A stretch of DNA of 25,832 nucleotides from Fibrobacteria bacterium (GTDB lineage Bacteria; Fibrobacterota; Fibrobacteria; UBA11236), in the NCBI GenBank assembly GCA_043732185.1, contig JAYTHY010000097.1:1-25832 (forward strand), written 5' to 3'. Below the pieces are notes generated by a model that was given only the letters and a program-made list of their open reading frames with translations, ran no database searches and had not been told where the DNA came from. Below are positions 8,927 to 16,692 of the stretch, in pieces (positions within the stretch are counted from its first letter, which is position 1; the number at the start of each line of letters is the position of its first letter). The position numbers and the translations under genes are program-made.

Positions 8927-9034
8927 TTCAACTCCAGCAAGATAAAAAGAGGGAAAGCCTGACGCCTGGCGCGTAGCCGGAAATCCAGCTTTTCTAAAAT
9001 ATAACATAAGTTTCCCTGGTCTTTTTGTGCCCAC

Positions 9035-9334
9035 CTAGTCGCGATTACGCCCTTGCAGGACAACCACCGAATGGCTGCCATCTTTAGCGAACGAAACTTC
9101 TATCAGGTAGCCGTCGATGGGCCCGCCATTTTCCGTACCCCATTGCCATCGGCCGTCCTGCAACGTCGCACCGAAATCTTCACTCTTAAAGGGTCGTTCA
9201 CCGAATTCCCGAAAACATTTTTCATTGGCCATATCGGCAGCCAAAGTTGCTGCGGATACCTGAGTGAGTTGAGGATGTTGGGTACAGGCCACAAAAGCAA
9301 GGGCAAGGAAAACTCGTAATCGGAGAAATAGCAT
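9035..9334 (-). CDS. Small hypothetical lipoprotein (99 aa)
   Basis: Start reassigned to ATG 9334, 8 nt after the upstream stop. MLFLRLRVFLALAFVA-C lipobox. Confidence 0.7.
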   Translation of the reverse strand: MLFLRLRVFLALAFVACTQHPQLTQVSAATLAADMANEKCFREFGERPFKSEDFGATLQDGRWQWGTENGGPIDGYLIEVSFAKDGSHSVVVLQGRNRD

Positions 9335-9342
9335 AGACCTAA

Positions 9343-10209
9343 CTATAACATGCCCAAGTGAGTGCTGTAAACATCCCAAGTCCCGATATAAGTGGGAAAG
9401 ACTCCCGGAGTCCACATTTGGAAGGATGTGTCGGAAATCTGTTTTACCCTGTACATTAAGAATGCCGGTAAGGAATCCCAGCTCGAGAAGGTGCTGGAGG
9501 TGTCCACCCGTGATCGTGAGAGGTTTTTTTCAGTTATAAAAAATGTGCCCAGTTGGTACCAATCTGCAGTAGCTTGAAATAATTCCAAAGTATCTTCTCG
9601 ATAACTGTACCCGAATGATTTGCCATCGAGCTTCACTATGTATTTATAATCCATGGTGGCGAGGGAATCCGTATCAGAAGGTGCTGGTTTGGTTAAGGTG
9701 AATTGGTATGTGCCGTTCTTGAGGCCGGTGAAAGTGCGTTTAACATACCTTATCCAGTAGGGTTTTTGGCGCAGCGGAGTGTATTCGCGACGGATAAAGG
9801 ACGTATCCGTAACCTGGCTTAGAGAATTGGTATCGGGGTCAATGGGCAAAAAGTCTGCATACTTGAAAAGCCCGCCTTTTCCATCGGCGGCAAATAGATT
9901 CAGGAAGTGAAGGTTTGAGTCGTGCTGGGCCCACTCACCGCGCACTTCATACACCGATTCGTTATCGGAAATCCAGAACTGCCTAAAAGTGCCGTCCGCA
10001 TTGAACTTTAGTTCGGATTCGAACCCGGCCTTATTAGAATCAATCCAAGTATAATCCCCTACATACAGTCCCGGCGAAATGGGTATTGTTTTCCCGGTGG
10101 CCAAGCTGTCTTTGTTGTCAATGGTGGCTGTGTCCTCTTCCCCACCAAAGAAACAGCCTACAAAACAGATGGCAGAGACAAGGAGCGGGAACAGGATCGC
10201 TTTTTTCAA
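9343..10209 (-). CDS. Lipoprotein with two tandem beta-rich (lipocalin-like) domains
   Basis: TTG start with AAGGGG SD. MKKAILFPLLVSAICFVG-C lipobox. Internal duplication GLY...W...QVTDTSF / GTY...W...QISDTSF. Confidence 0.8.
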   Translation of the reverse strand: MKKAILFPLLVSAICFVGCFFGGEEDTATIDNKDSLATGKTIPISPGLYVGDYTWIDSNKAGFESELKFNADGTFRQFWISDNESVYEVRGEWAQHDSNLHFLNLFAADGKGGLFKYADFLPIDPDTNSLSQVTDTSFIRREYTPLRQKPYWIRYVKRTFTGLKNGTYQFTLTKPAPSDTDSLATMDYKYIVKLDGKSFGYSYREDTLELFQATADWYQLGTFFITEKNLSRSRVDTSSTFSSWDSLPAFLMYRVKQISDTSFQMWTPGVFPTYIGTWDVYSTHLGML

Positions 10210-10262
10210 AATTCATCCCCTTGATTGAAAGTGGAGGACGCAACTGTCGCGCACGCTAGGAC

Positions 10263-11576
10263 TCAGAACTCTAGGATTTTTCCGATGGTTACGGTTGCTT
10301 TGGATGGCACGACTGCGGCAGAAGCCCAGCTTTTAACTTGAAACACATCGTTAATGCAAAGGCGAATATCTGCGGCAGAAACGCGATCCATCTTGGCCAG
10401 AATTTTGTCGATGTTTTCGCCTGGTGCGCCGTACATGAGTTGCCGGGAAAGATTGGCCATCCGAGTGTTGCTGGATTCAAGGCCAAGCAAAACGCTGCCG
10501 CGCAAATTCTTTTTGGCGAAATCGATCTCGCTGGATTGCAGGCCATCCTTTTTGAGTGCCACTATTTGCTTGTTGATTTCTTTGATGGCCTTGGTCAAAT
10601 CCTTGGGTTCAGTGGCAAAGCCGATGGAGTAGACGCCGGTGCGGGTTAAGAATTCCGGACTGGCATAAATAGAGTACACAAGGCCTAGTGATTCACGTAC
10701 GCTTTGAAAAAGCTTGGAGCTCATGCCATCTCCAAACACGCAGTTGAGCAGCAACAAGGCATAGCGATTAGGATGATCCCAGGCATAACCAGGGCCGCCT
10801 AGAATGGCTGTGACTTGTTGCACGGGTCGTTTTTCTACTAGATGGCGGATGCGGCCTGCACCCGCTTTGCGTGGCAGTGAAACTCTTGTGGTAGTAGACA
10901 ACGCTATGGGTTTGCGAACTTGACGAGACGCCTTGGCGTGTCCCAAATTAAATGCTTTACGGGTTAAATCGACCACTTCCGCATGTGAGACATTTCCAAC
11001 TGCTAAAACGTAAAGCGGTAACGTTTTGGCGGCCCGTCGTTGATGGGCCAAGAGCTGGGCGCGACTCAGCCCACGGACAGTTTTGGCCGTTCCGGCGATC
11101 GGGAACCCCAAGCTGTGCCGGTCGAAATAGGCTTCCGAAAAAATATCGTAAACGTAATCATCAGGATTGTCCACGCCACCTTTGATCTCTTCGATGATCA
11201 CTTCTTTTTCTTTACCCAGGTCAGTTGGGTTAAAGTTGGACTCCAGCACCATTTCCAGCAGCATGGAGAGTCCGCTTGCGACATCCGAATCCACAACCTT
11301 GGCATAGAAGCAGGTTTGCTCCTTGGAGGTATAGGCATTCACTTGCCCACCCGTGGTTTCGAAACTTTTGACGATGGAGAGGGCGTCGTGTTTGGGTGTT
11401 CCCTTGAACACCATATGTTCAAAAAGATGGGCTAGGCCATTGGTAAGCGGAACTTCATCCCGGGAACCAATGTCCAGGTAAACGCCCATGCTTGCCGACC
11501 GGAGTGTCGGCAGGGATTCGGTAGCCACCACCACCCCATTTTCCAGGGGCGTTATCTTGTAGTTGGTGGTTGCCAA
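10263..11576 (-). CDS. M16-family zinc peptidase (pitrilysin/MPP-like)
   Basis: GSRDE...GLAHLFEHMVFKGT (HXXEH), NAYTSKEQT, SSKLFQSVRESLGLVY. TTG start immediately after the pnp TAA. Confidence 0.95.
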   Translation of the reverse strand: MATTNYKITPLENGVVVATESLPTLRSASMGVYLDIGSRDEVPLTNGLAHLFEHMVFKGTPKHDALSIVKSFETTGGQVNAYTSKEQTCFYAKVVDSDVASGLSMLLEMVLESNFNPTDLGKEKEVIIEEIKGGVDNPDDYVYDIFSEAYFDRHSLGFPIAGTAKTVRGLSRAQLLAHQRRAAKTLPLYVLAVGNVSHAEVVDLTRKAFNLGHAKASRQVRKPIALSTTTRVSLPRKAGAGRIRHLVEKRPVQQVTAILGGPGYAWDHPNRYALLLLNCVFGDGMSSKLFQSVRESLGLVYSIYASPEFLTRTGVYSIGFATEPKDLTKAIKEINKQIVALKKDGLQSSEIDFAKKNLRGSVLLGLESSNTRMANLSRQLMYGAPGENIDKILAKMDRVSAADIRLCINDVFQVKSWASAAVVPSKATVTIGKILEF

Positions 11577-13658
11577 TTATGCCGGTATCAAAAGCTGTTT
11601 ACGGCTCAGCTTGATTTTTCCTTGCGGGTCCACACCGATGCATTTGACTTCCACTTCGTCTCCCATGGAGAGAACGTCCTCGACTCGGTCCACTTTATTC
11701 GGGGCCAGTTCAGAGATGTGCACAAGCCCTTCCTTACCGGGGAGGATTTCCACAAAGGCGCCAAAGGTGGCAATGCCCTTAACCTTACCCTTATAGATTT
11801 TTCCGACTTCGGCTTCTGCGAAGAGCTCATTCACCATTTTAAGTGCCATGACGGCATTGCCGCGATGAGCAGCGGAAATGGTCAAATTGCCCTGATCGTC
11901 CACATTCAATGTGGCACCGGAGTTTTCCTGAATGCCACGGATAACCTTGCCGCCTGGACCAATCAGTTCCTTGATCTTATCGGCGGGAATTTTTTTCTGC
12001 AAGATTGCCGGAGCGAATTTGTTCAAGTCGCGGGGACCGGCAATGGCTTCTTTCATCTTGGAGATGATATGAAGCCGGCCTTCTTTAGCCTGCTTAAGCG
12101 CGCGCTGCATCAACTCAGTGGTCAAGCCGCGTAGCTTGATATCCATTTGAAAAGAGGTGAGGCCCTTTTCGGTTCCGCAAACCTTGAAATCCATGTCACC
12201 CAAATGATCTTCGGTGCCGTTGATGTCGGATAGGGTTTCGAAACGGGTTCCGTCCGATACCATTCCCATGGCGATACCGGCCACGGGTGCTTTGATTTTA
12301 ACGCCTGCGTCCATAAGGGCCAAGCTGCCACCGCATACTGATGCCATGGAAGAGGAGCCGTGGGATTCCATAATGTCTGAGACGAGCCGGATGGTATACG
12401 GGAAGCTCTCATGCGTAGGCAGTACCGGGGCAAGAGCACGTTCCGCTAAGAAACCGTGACCGACTTCGCGGCGACCGACCGAGTTCATGCGCTTGGCTTC
12501 GCCCACCGAATAGCCGGGGAAGTTATAGTGCAGCATGTAGTTTTTGTACGACTCGCCTTGCAGCGTTTCAATGCGTTGTTCGTCGTTCTTGGTGCCCAAG
12601 GTGCAGACGACCAACGCTTGGGTTTCGCCGCGCTGGAAGATGGCGGAGCCATGGGCACGGGGTAACGCTGACGTTTCGATGCTGATGTCGCGGATGTCTG
12701 AAGGGCCACGGCCGTCGATGCGAAGTTTTTCGGACAGCACCATTTCGCGCATGTCGCTCCATTGAATGGCTTCAACGGCTTCGTTGACTTCACCCTTGCG
12801 TTCCGCATAGTCCGCGCCTAAGGCGGCCAGAACATCGGCCTTCACTTTTTTCATGGCGGCGTAATGCGCCTTTTTGAGCATGGGCGTATGGAAAATTTTA
12901 TTGAGTAAGGGCTTGGCAATGGCTTCGACCTTTTTGAACAAATCCTGATCCTGGGCCTTGGGAACAAAGACGTCCTTTTCAACCGGGAAGAGGGCGACCA
13001 ATTCTTGTTGTCCTTTGACGATGGCCTTAATGGCTTCATGCCCGGCGAGAATGGCGGCGACCATAATGTCTTCGCCTACTTCCATGGCGGAGCCTTCCAC
13101 CATGCAAATGGAGGTGGCGGTACCGGCGATGATGAGTTCAATATCGGCGGATTCGATTTCTTCAAAAGTGGGATTGACGATGTACTTGCCGTCTACGCCG
13201 ATGACCTTGACGCATGCGACCTGGTCTTCAAAGGGGAGGGTAGACAAGCCAATGGCTGCAGAGGCACCGATGACCGACAGCGTGTCGGAATCAAACTTTT
13301 CATCCGAAGATAAAACCGTACACACTACTTGCACTTCCCGCTTATAGCCATCTGGAAACATGGGGCGTAGGGGCCTGTCGATGATGCGGCAAGTGAGCAC
13401 TTCCTTATCGCTCGGCTTGGCTTCACGCTTGAAATATCCGCCCGGAATTTTTCCGGCTGCATAGGCTTTTTCCCGGTACTCGACGGTTAAAGGGAAGAAA
13501 TCACCTAAAGCTTCTGGTCCGGCGCAAACCGTGCAAAGCACCATGGTGTCGCCCATGCGGGCCACCACGGCACCGCCGGCTTGTTTGGCCAAGCGACCGG
13601 ATTCAAGAGTGATGATTTTGCCATCGGGCAAGTTAATGGAAACGGTTTGTTTTGACAT
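11577..13658 (-). CDS. pnp: Polyribonucleotide nucleotidyltransferase
   Basis: DFFPLTVEYRE, RIIDRPLRP, RREVGHG, GDMDFKV, then KH (IGPGGK) and S1 domains. Confidence 0.99.
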   Translation of the reverse strand: MSKQTVSINLPDGKIITLESGRLAKQAGGAVVARMGDTMVLCTVCAGPEALGDFFPLTVEYREKAYAAGKIPGGYFKREAKPSDKEVLTCRIIDRPLRPMFPDGYKREVQVVCTVLSSDEKFDSDTLSVIGASAAIGLSTLPFEDQVACVKVIGVDGKYIVNPTFEEIESADIELIIAGTATSICMVEGSAMEVGEDIMVAAILAGHEAIKAIVKGQQELVALFPVEKDVFVPKAQDQDLFKKVEAIAKPLLNKIFHTPMLKKAHYAAMKKVKADVLAALGADYAERKGEVNEAVEAIQWSDMREMVLSEKLRIDGRGPSDIRDISIETSALPRAHGSAIFQRGETQALVVCTLGTKNDEQRIETLQGESYKNYMLHYNFPGYSVGEAKRMNSVGRREVGHGFLAERALAPVLPTHESFPYTIRLVSDIMESHGSSSMASVCGGSLALMDAGVKIKAPVAGIAMGMVSDGTRFETLSDINGTEDHLGDMDFKVCGTEKGLTSFQMDIKLRGLTTELMQRALKQAKEGRLHIISKMKEAIAGPRDLNKFAPAILQKKIPADKIKELIGPGGKVIRGIQENSGATLNVDDQGNLTISAAHRGNAVMALKMVNELFAEAEVGKIYKGKVKGIATFGAFVEILPGKEGLVHISELAPNKVDRVEDVLSMGDEVEVKCIGVDPQGKIKLSRKQLLIPA

Positions 13659-13680
13659 GGAATTTTCTTTGCTCCCGTTT

Positions 13681-13700
13681 GGTGCGGCGCACGCCGCACC
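13681..13700 (-). promoter_or_regulatory. Perfect GC-rich hairpin in the pnp 5' leader
   Basis: GGTGCGGC-GTGC-GCCGCACC, just upstream of SD GGGAG, with no U-tract. Confidence 0.6.
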
Positions 13701-13735
13701 TGGTAGGTTTTATGAATGGGAAATAAAAGGAAAAA

Positions 13736-14008
13736 TTAGCGACGGAGGTCGAGCACTTTGATGATGGAACGATATCCAGTCAAATCGGTTTTGACTAAAT
13801 AATTAAGCAGGCGACGACGATAGGCCACCATGGTTGTGAGTCCGCGCCTGGAATGCTTATCCTTCTTGTGAACTTTAAGATGTTCCGTTATTTCCGCGAT
13901 ACGATGAGTCAACAAGGCCACTTGTACCTTCGGGTTTCCCGAATCCTTGGCGTCTTTGCCGTGGGTCAAAATGGTTTTTGCTGCGATTTCTTTGGTCATG
14001 GTTGCCAT
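13736..14008 (-). CDS. rpsO: 30S ribosomal protein S15
   Basis: DSGNPKVQVALLT...HLKVHKKDKHSRRGL. Confidence 0.99.
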   Translation of the reverse strand: MATMTKEIAAKTILTHGKDAKDSGNPKVQVALLTHRIAEITEHLKVHKKDKHSRRGLTTMVAYRRRLLNYLVKTDLTGYRSIIKVLDLRR

Positions 14009-14037
14009 ACTGCTTAGTCGCTTTCTAATTTTGTTTC

Positions 14038-14106
14038 ACCCGGGTATAAGGTCCCGGGTTCTTATGAGAGGGTGGAATAATAATTTCTAGCGAGGCTTTT
14101 GGCCAA
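14038..14106 (-). promoter_or_regulatory. Putative rpsO promoter and structured 5' leader
   Basis: TTGGCC-N18-TATTAT (14106-14077). Leader stems ACCCGGG/CCCGGGT and ATAAG/CTTAT (14065-14038). Confidence 0.5.
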
Positions 14107-14138
14107 TATTTTTACTGAAGGCCCTGATTTTGAGAGAT

Positions 14139-14273
14139 TTAGAAGATCCAATCGGTTGTCGGCATAAAGAGGCCTGCGAGTAGCAAAACCACCACCGCCA
14201 CAATCCCTATAACCACCAGTGGAACGATCAGGTTCGTTTCTTCATCTACTAAACCGTTAGTCGGCTTGTCCAT
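14139..14273 (-). CDS. Small single-pass membrane protein, 44 aa (not in the ORF track)
   Basis: MDKPTNGLVDEETNLIVPLVVIGIVAVVVLLLAGLFMPTTDWIF*. SD AAAGGA 6 nt before the ATG, and TATATT further upstream. Confidence 0.7.
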   Translation of the reverse strand: MDKPTNGLVDEETNLIVPLVVIGIVAVVVLLLAGLFMPTTDWIF

Positions 14274-14355
14274 TTGTTGTCCTTTGAATGCTGCGTAGCC
14301 TAAAATATAGGTCATTTAGGGCTCATCCACCCGATTTTCGCCAAAGATAGAGCTT

Positions 14356-15327
14356 TTAAACGGTCAAAGCCTTTAATCGCTGGCGGGTTTCAGCCAAATC
14401 CAGGTTAATTTGCTGAACTAATTCCGCCTGTGCAGTGAACTTTTTTTCTGGCCGCACGTGAAAGAGCAATTCGAATTCCAGCCATTGATCGTAAAGGTCA
14501 GCGGCATGGTCCAGGATATGAACCTCAATTTTCTGATTTTGACCCGGGAAGGTAGGGGTAGTGCCAATATTGGCGATGGCATCAAATACTCCAGCCGCGG
14601 TTCTGGCTCGACCTCCATAAACACCAAATTCGACCATGGCCTTATAGGGATAACCCAGCTCCAGATTGGCTGTGGGAAAACCTAGCGTTCGGCCTCGTCC
14701 GGCACCGCGTACCACTTTGCCCGCATAGGTGAAGGGCCGTCCTAATAGACGGTTGGCGTTTTCTATTCGAGAGGATTCCAAGTGGCTACGGATAGCGGAG
14801 GAACTGACAACTTCCCCGTCCAGGCGAAAGGGCTCCAGCATGATCACATTTTGATCCGGATGCGCGGCATGCGCTCTCAACATGGAGACATCCCCACGGG
14901 CCCGTTTCCCAAAGCGGTGATCGTGGCCTAGCAAAAAGCGCACGCCCTGGATTCTTTCCTTAAGAAAAACTTGGATGAAGTCTTCGGGTTCGAGCTCTGC
15001 CAAGGCTTGGTCGAAAGTGAGCAATGCCACTTCCACCGGCCAGTTCTTAAGCAATTGCAGTTTTTCTCCCGGCGTGGTCAATAGAGACGGCTTTTCCTGG
15101 GGCTTGAAATAATACCTCGGGTGAGGCTCAAAAGTGACGAGTACCGGATCCAAGCCTGTAGCACGGCTTTCAAAAAGCAACCTTTCCAGTATGCGCCGAT
15201 GGCCTAAATGCACGCCATCAAAATTTCCAAGTGCGACGATGCTGGGCGTGCGTCTTTGAATCTCGTCCCATTTCCTGCCCTTCCAGACAGGGGGCGTTAG
15301 ATCCGGACCAGTACCTTCTTGGGACAC
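14356..15327 (-). CDS. ribF: Bifunctional riboflavin kinase/FAD synthetase
   Basis: GNFDGVHLGH, SSSAIR, GRTLGFPTAN, EVHIL. The exact start (GTG overlapping truB) is uncertain. Confidence 0.97.
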   Translation of the reverse strand: MSQEGTGPDLTPPVWKGRKWDEIQRRTPSIVALGNFDGVHLGHRRILERLLFESRATGLDPVLVTFEPHPRYYFKPQEKPSLLTTPGEKLQLLKNWPVEVALLTFDQALAELEPEDFIQVFLKERIQGVRFLLGHDHRFGKRARGDVSMLRAHAAHPDQNVIMLEPFRLDGEVVSSSAIRSHLESSRIENANRLLGRPFTYAGKVVRGAGRGRTLGFPTANLELGYPYKAMVEFGVYGGRARTAAGVFDAIANIGTTPTFPGQNQKIEVHILDHAADLYDQWLEFELLFHVRPEKKFTAQAELVQQINLDLAETRQRLKALTV

Positions 15328-16271
15328 AGCATACCTTGTGGGTTTAGAGTGGCGATGGCGATTAAAGTTCCAGCGGCATTGACAGCCCGGTATTCCGGAA
15401 AGGGACCGCTCCCGGCTACCCAGTCCGATGATGTGTAAGCATCCGGGTTAATGGCACGGCCCAAAAGAAAGTCAGAGACGCCGGCCGGTGAAAGTAGCGC
15501 TAAGGGCAAGTGGCTTACGGCCACGTCTAGAGGAAGCAATACCCCAGCATTCCCCCCGTCGCCTGGTTCGATTGCAAGGAGCGAGTCTGGTGCCAAGGCT
15601 GCTTCAACTTTAAAGGGTCCAATGGCAAGTCTACGGATCTGATCGGCTACGGCGTTACAGCCTAAGGAAAGACCCAAGTCATGCACCAGCGAGCGTACAT
15701 AAGTCCCCTTGGAACAGGTCATCAATAGGGTCGCTATTGCACCCGTATCAGCCGTGTTACCTTGAGCGGGTGTGAAGTCGAGCAGTTCCAGGGAATGCAC
15801 CACCACTTCGCGAGCGGCCAGCGTGACGGTCTCTCCCGCGCGAACCCGGTCACAAGCCCGTTCTCCATCGATTTTAATGGCGGAATAATCCGGCGGAGTT
15901 TGCCGGATGGGTCCTCGGAAGGCAACGAGCGCCTTTTCCACGGCTTGACGAGAGAGCTCGGCAGCAACTCGGGCCATTTCACCCTCCGCCAACCGGATGG
16001 GACTTTCCATATCATAGCTGTCCGAATCCAAACCAAAGCAGGCAACAAAGCGATAGGTTTTAGGCATGGCTTCCAGGTACTCGAGCAATCGAGTCCCGCC
16101 GCCCACGCCAACCACCAGTAAACCTGTTGCTGCCGGATCCAGAGTACCGGCGTGGCCTATCTTGGTCCGTGGAAAAGCTTTTTTCACGGGTCGCAATGCT
16201 TGGAAGGAAGAGAGGCCGGCGGGTTTGTCTAAAAGCAACACGCCCCCGTACGGAACGGAACCTTCATTCAT
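15297..16271 (-). CDS. truB: tRNA pseudouridine(55) synthase
   Basis: LDKPAG, GHAGTLDP, PPDYSAIK, CSKGTYVRSL. Start reassigned to ATG 16271, overlapping the rbfA stop. Confidence 0.97.
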   Translation of the reverse strand: MNEGSVPYGGVLLLDKPAGLSSFQALRPVKKAFPRTKIGHAGTLDPAATGLLVVGVGGGTRLLEYLEAMPKTYRFVACFGLDSDSYDMESPIRLAEGEMARVAAELSRQAVEKALVAFRGPIRQTPPDYSAIKIDGERACDRVRAGETVTLAAREVVVHSLELLDFTPAQGNTADTGAIATLLMTCSKGTYVRSLVHDLGLSLGCNAVADQIRRLAIGPFKVEAALAPDSLLAIEPGDGGNAGVLLPLDVAVSHLPLALLSPAGVSDFLLGRAINPDAYTSSDWVAGSGPFPEYRAVNAAGTLIAIATLNPQGMLCPKKVLVRI

Positions 16272-16632
16272 CGTCGGGAGGATGTTCCGTTTTCTCGTGT
16301 TTGATATCGTTGAGAATCTGATTGATCCGGAACCCATGGTCCAGGTTTTTGTCTTCCACAAAAGTCAGCCTCGGAACGGTACGCATCTTCAGAACCTTGG
16401 ACAGGTGGGTGCGTAAGTACGAAGAGCTGTGGCTGAGGCCAGCCATGGAATCCCGTTTCTCCTTGTCGCTGCCGAGCACGGAAATGAAAACTTTGGCAAA
16501 GGCCAAGTCCGTGGTGACCTCTACACGAGAAATGGTCACAAAACCGATGCGCACATCCGTAAGCTCCTTAAGGATGACATCGCCTATCTCGCGCTGGATG
16601 AGGTGGGCTATACGTTCGGTTCTTCGGGTCAT
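16264..16632 (-). CDS. rbfA: Ribosome-binding factor A
   Basis: RTERIAHLIQREI...VTISRVEVTTDL...LKMRTVPRLTF. Confidence 0.98.
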   Translation of the reverse strand: MTRRTERIAHLIQREIGDVILKELTDVRIGFVTISRVEVTTDLAFAKVFISVLGSDKEKRDSMAGLSHSSSYLRTHLSKVLKMRTVPRLTFVEDKNLDHGFRINQILNDIKHEKTEHPPDDE

Positions 16633-16652
16633 AGTTCAATTCACGGATGCTG

Positions 16653-16683
16653 GAAACGGGGCATGGTTTCCAAGCCCCGTTTC
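16653..16683 (-). promoter_or_regulatory. Stem-loop between infB and rbfA
   Basis: 10-bp perfect stem GAAACGGGGC/GCCCCGTTTC plus an inner TGG/CCA pairing. Confidence 0.6.
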
Positions 16684-16692
16684 ACATGGTTA

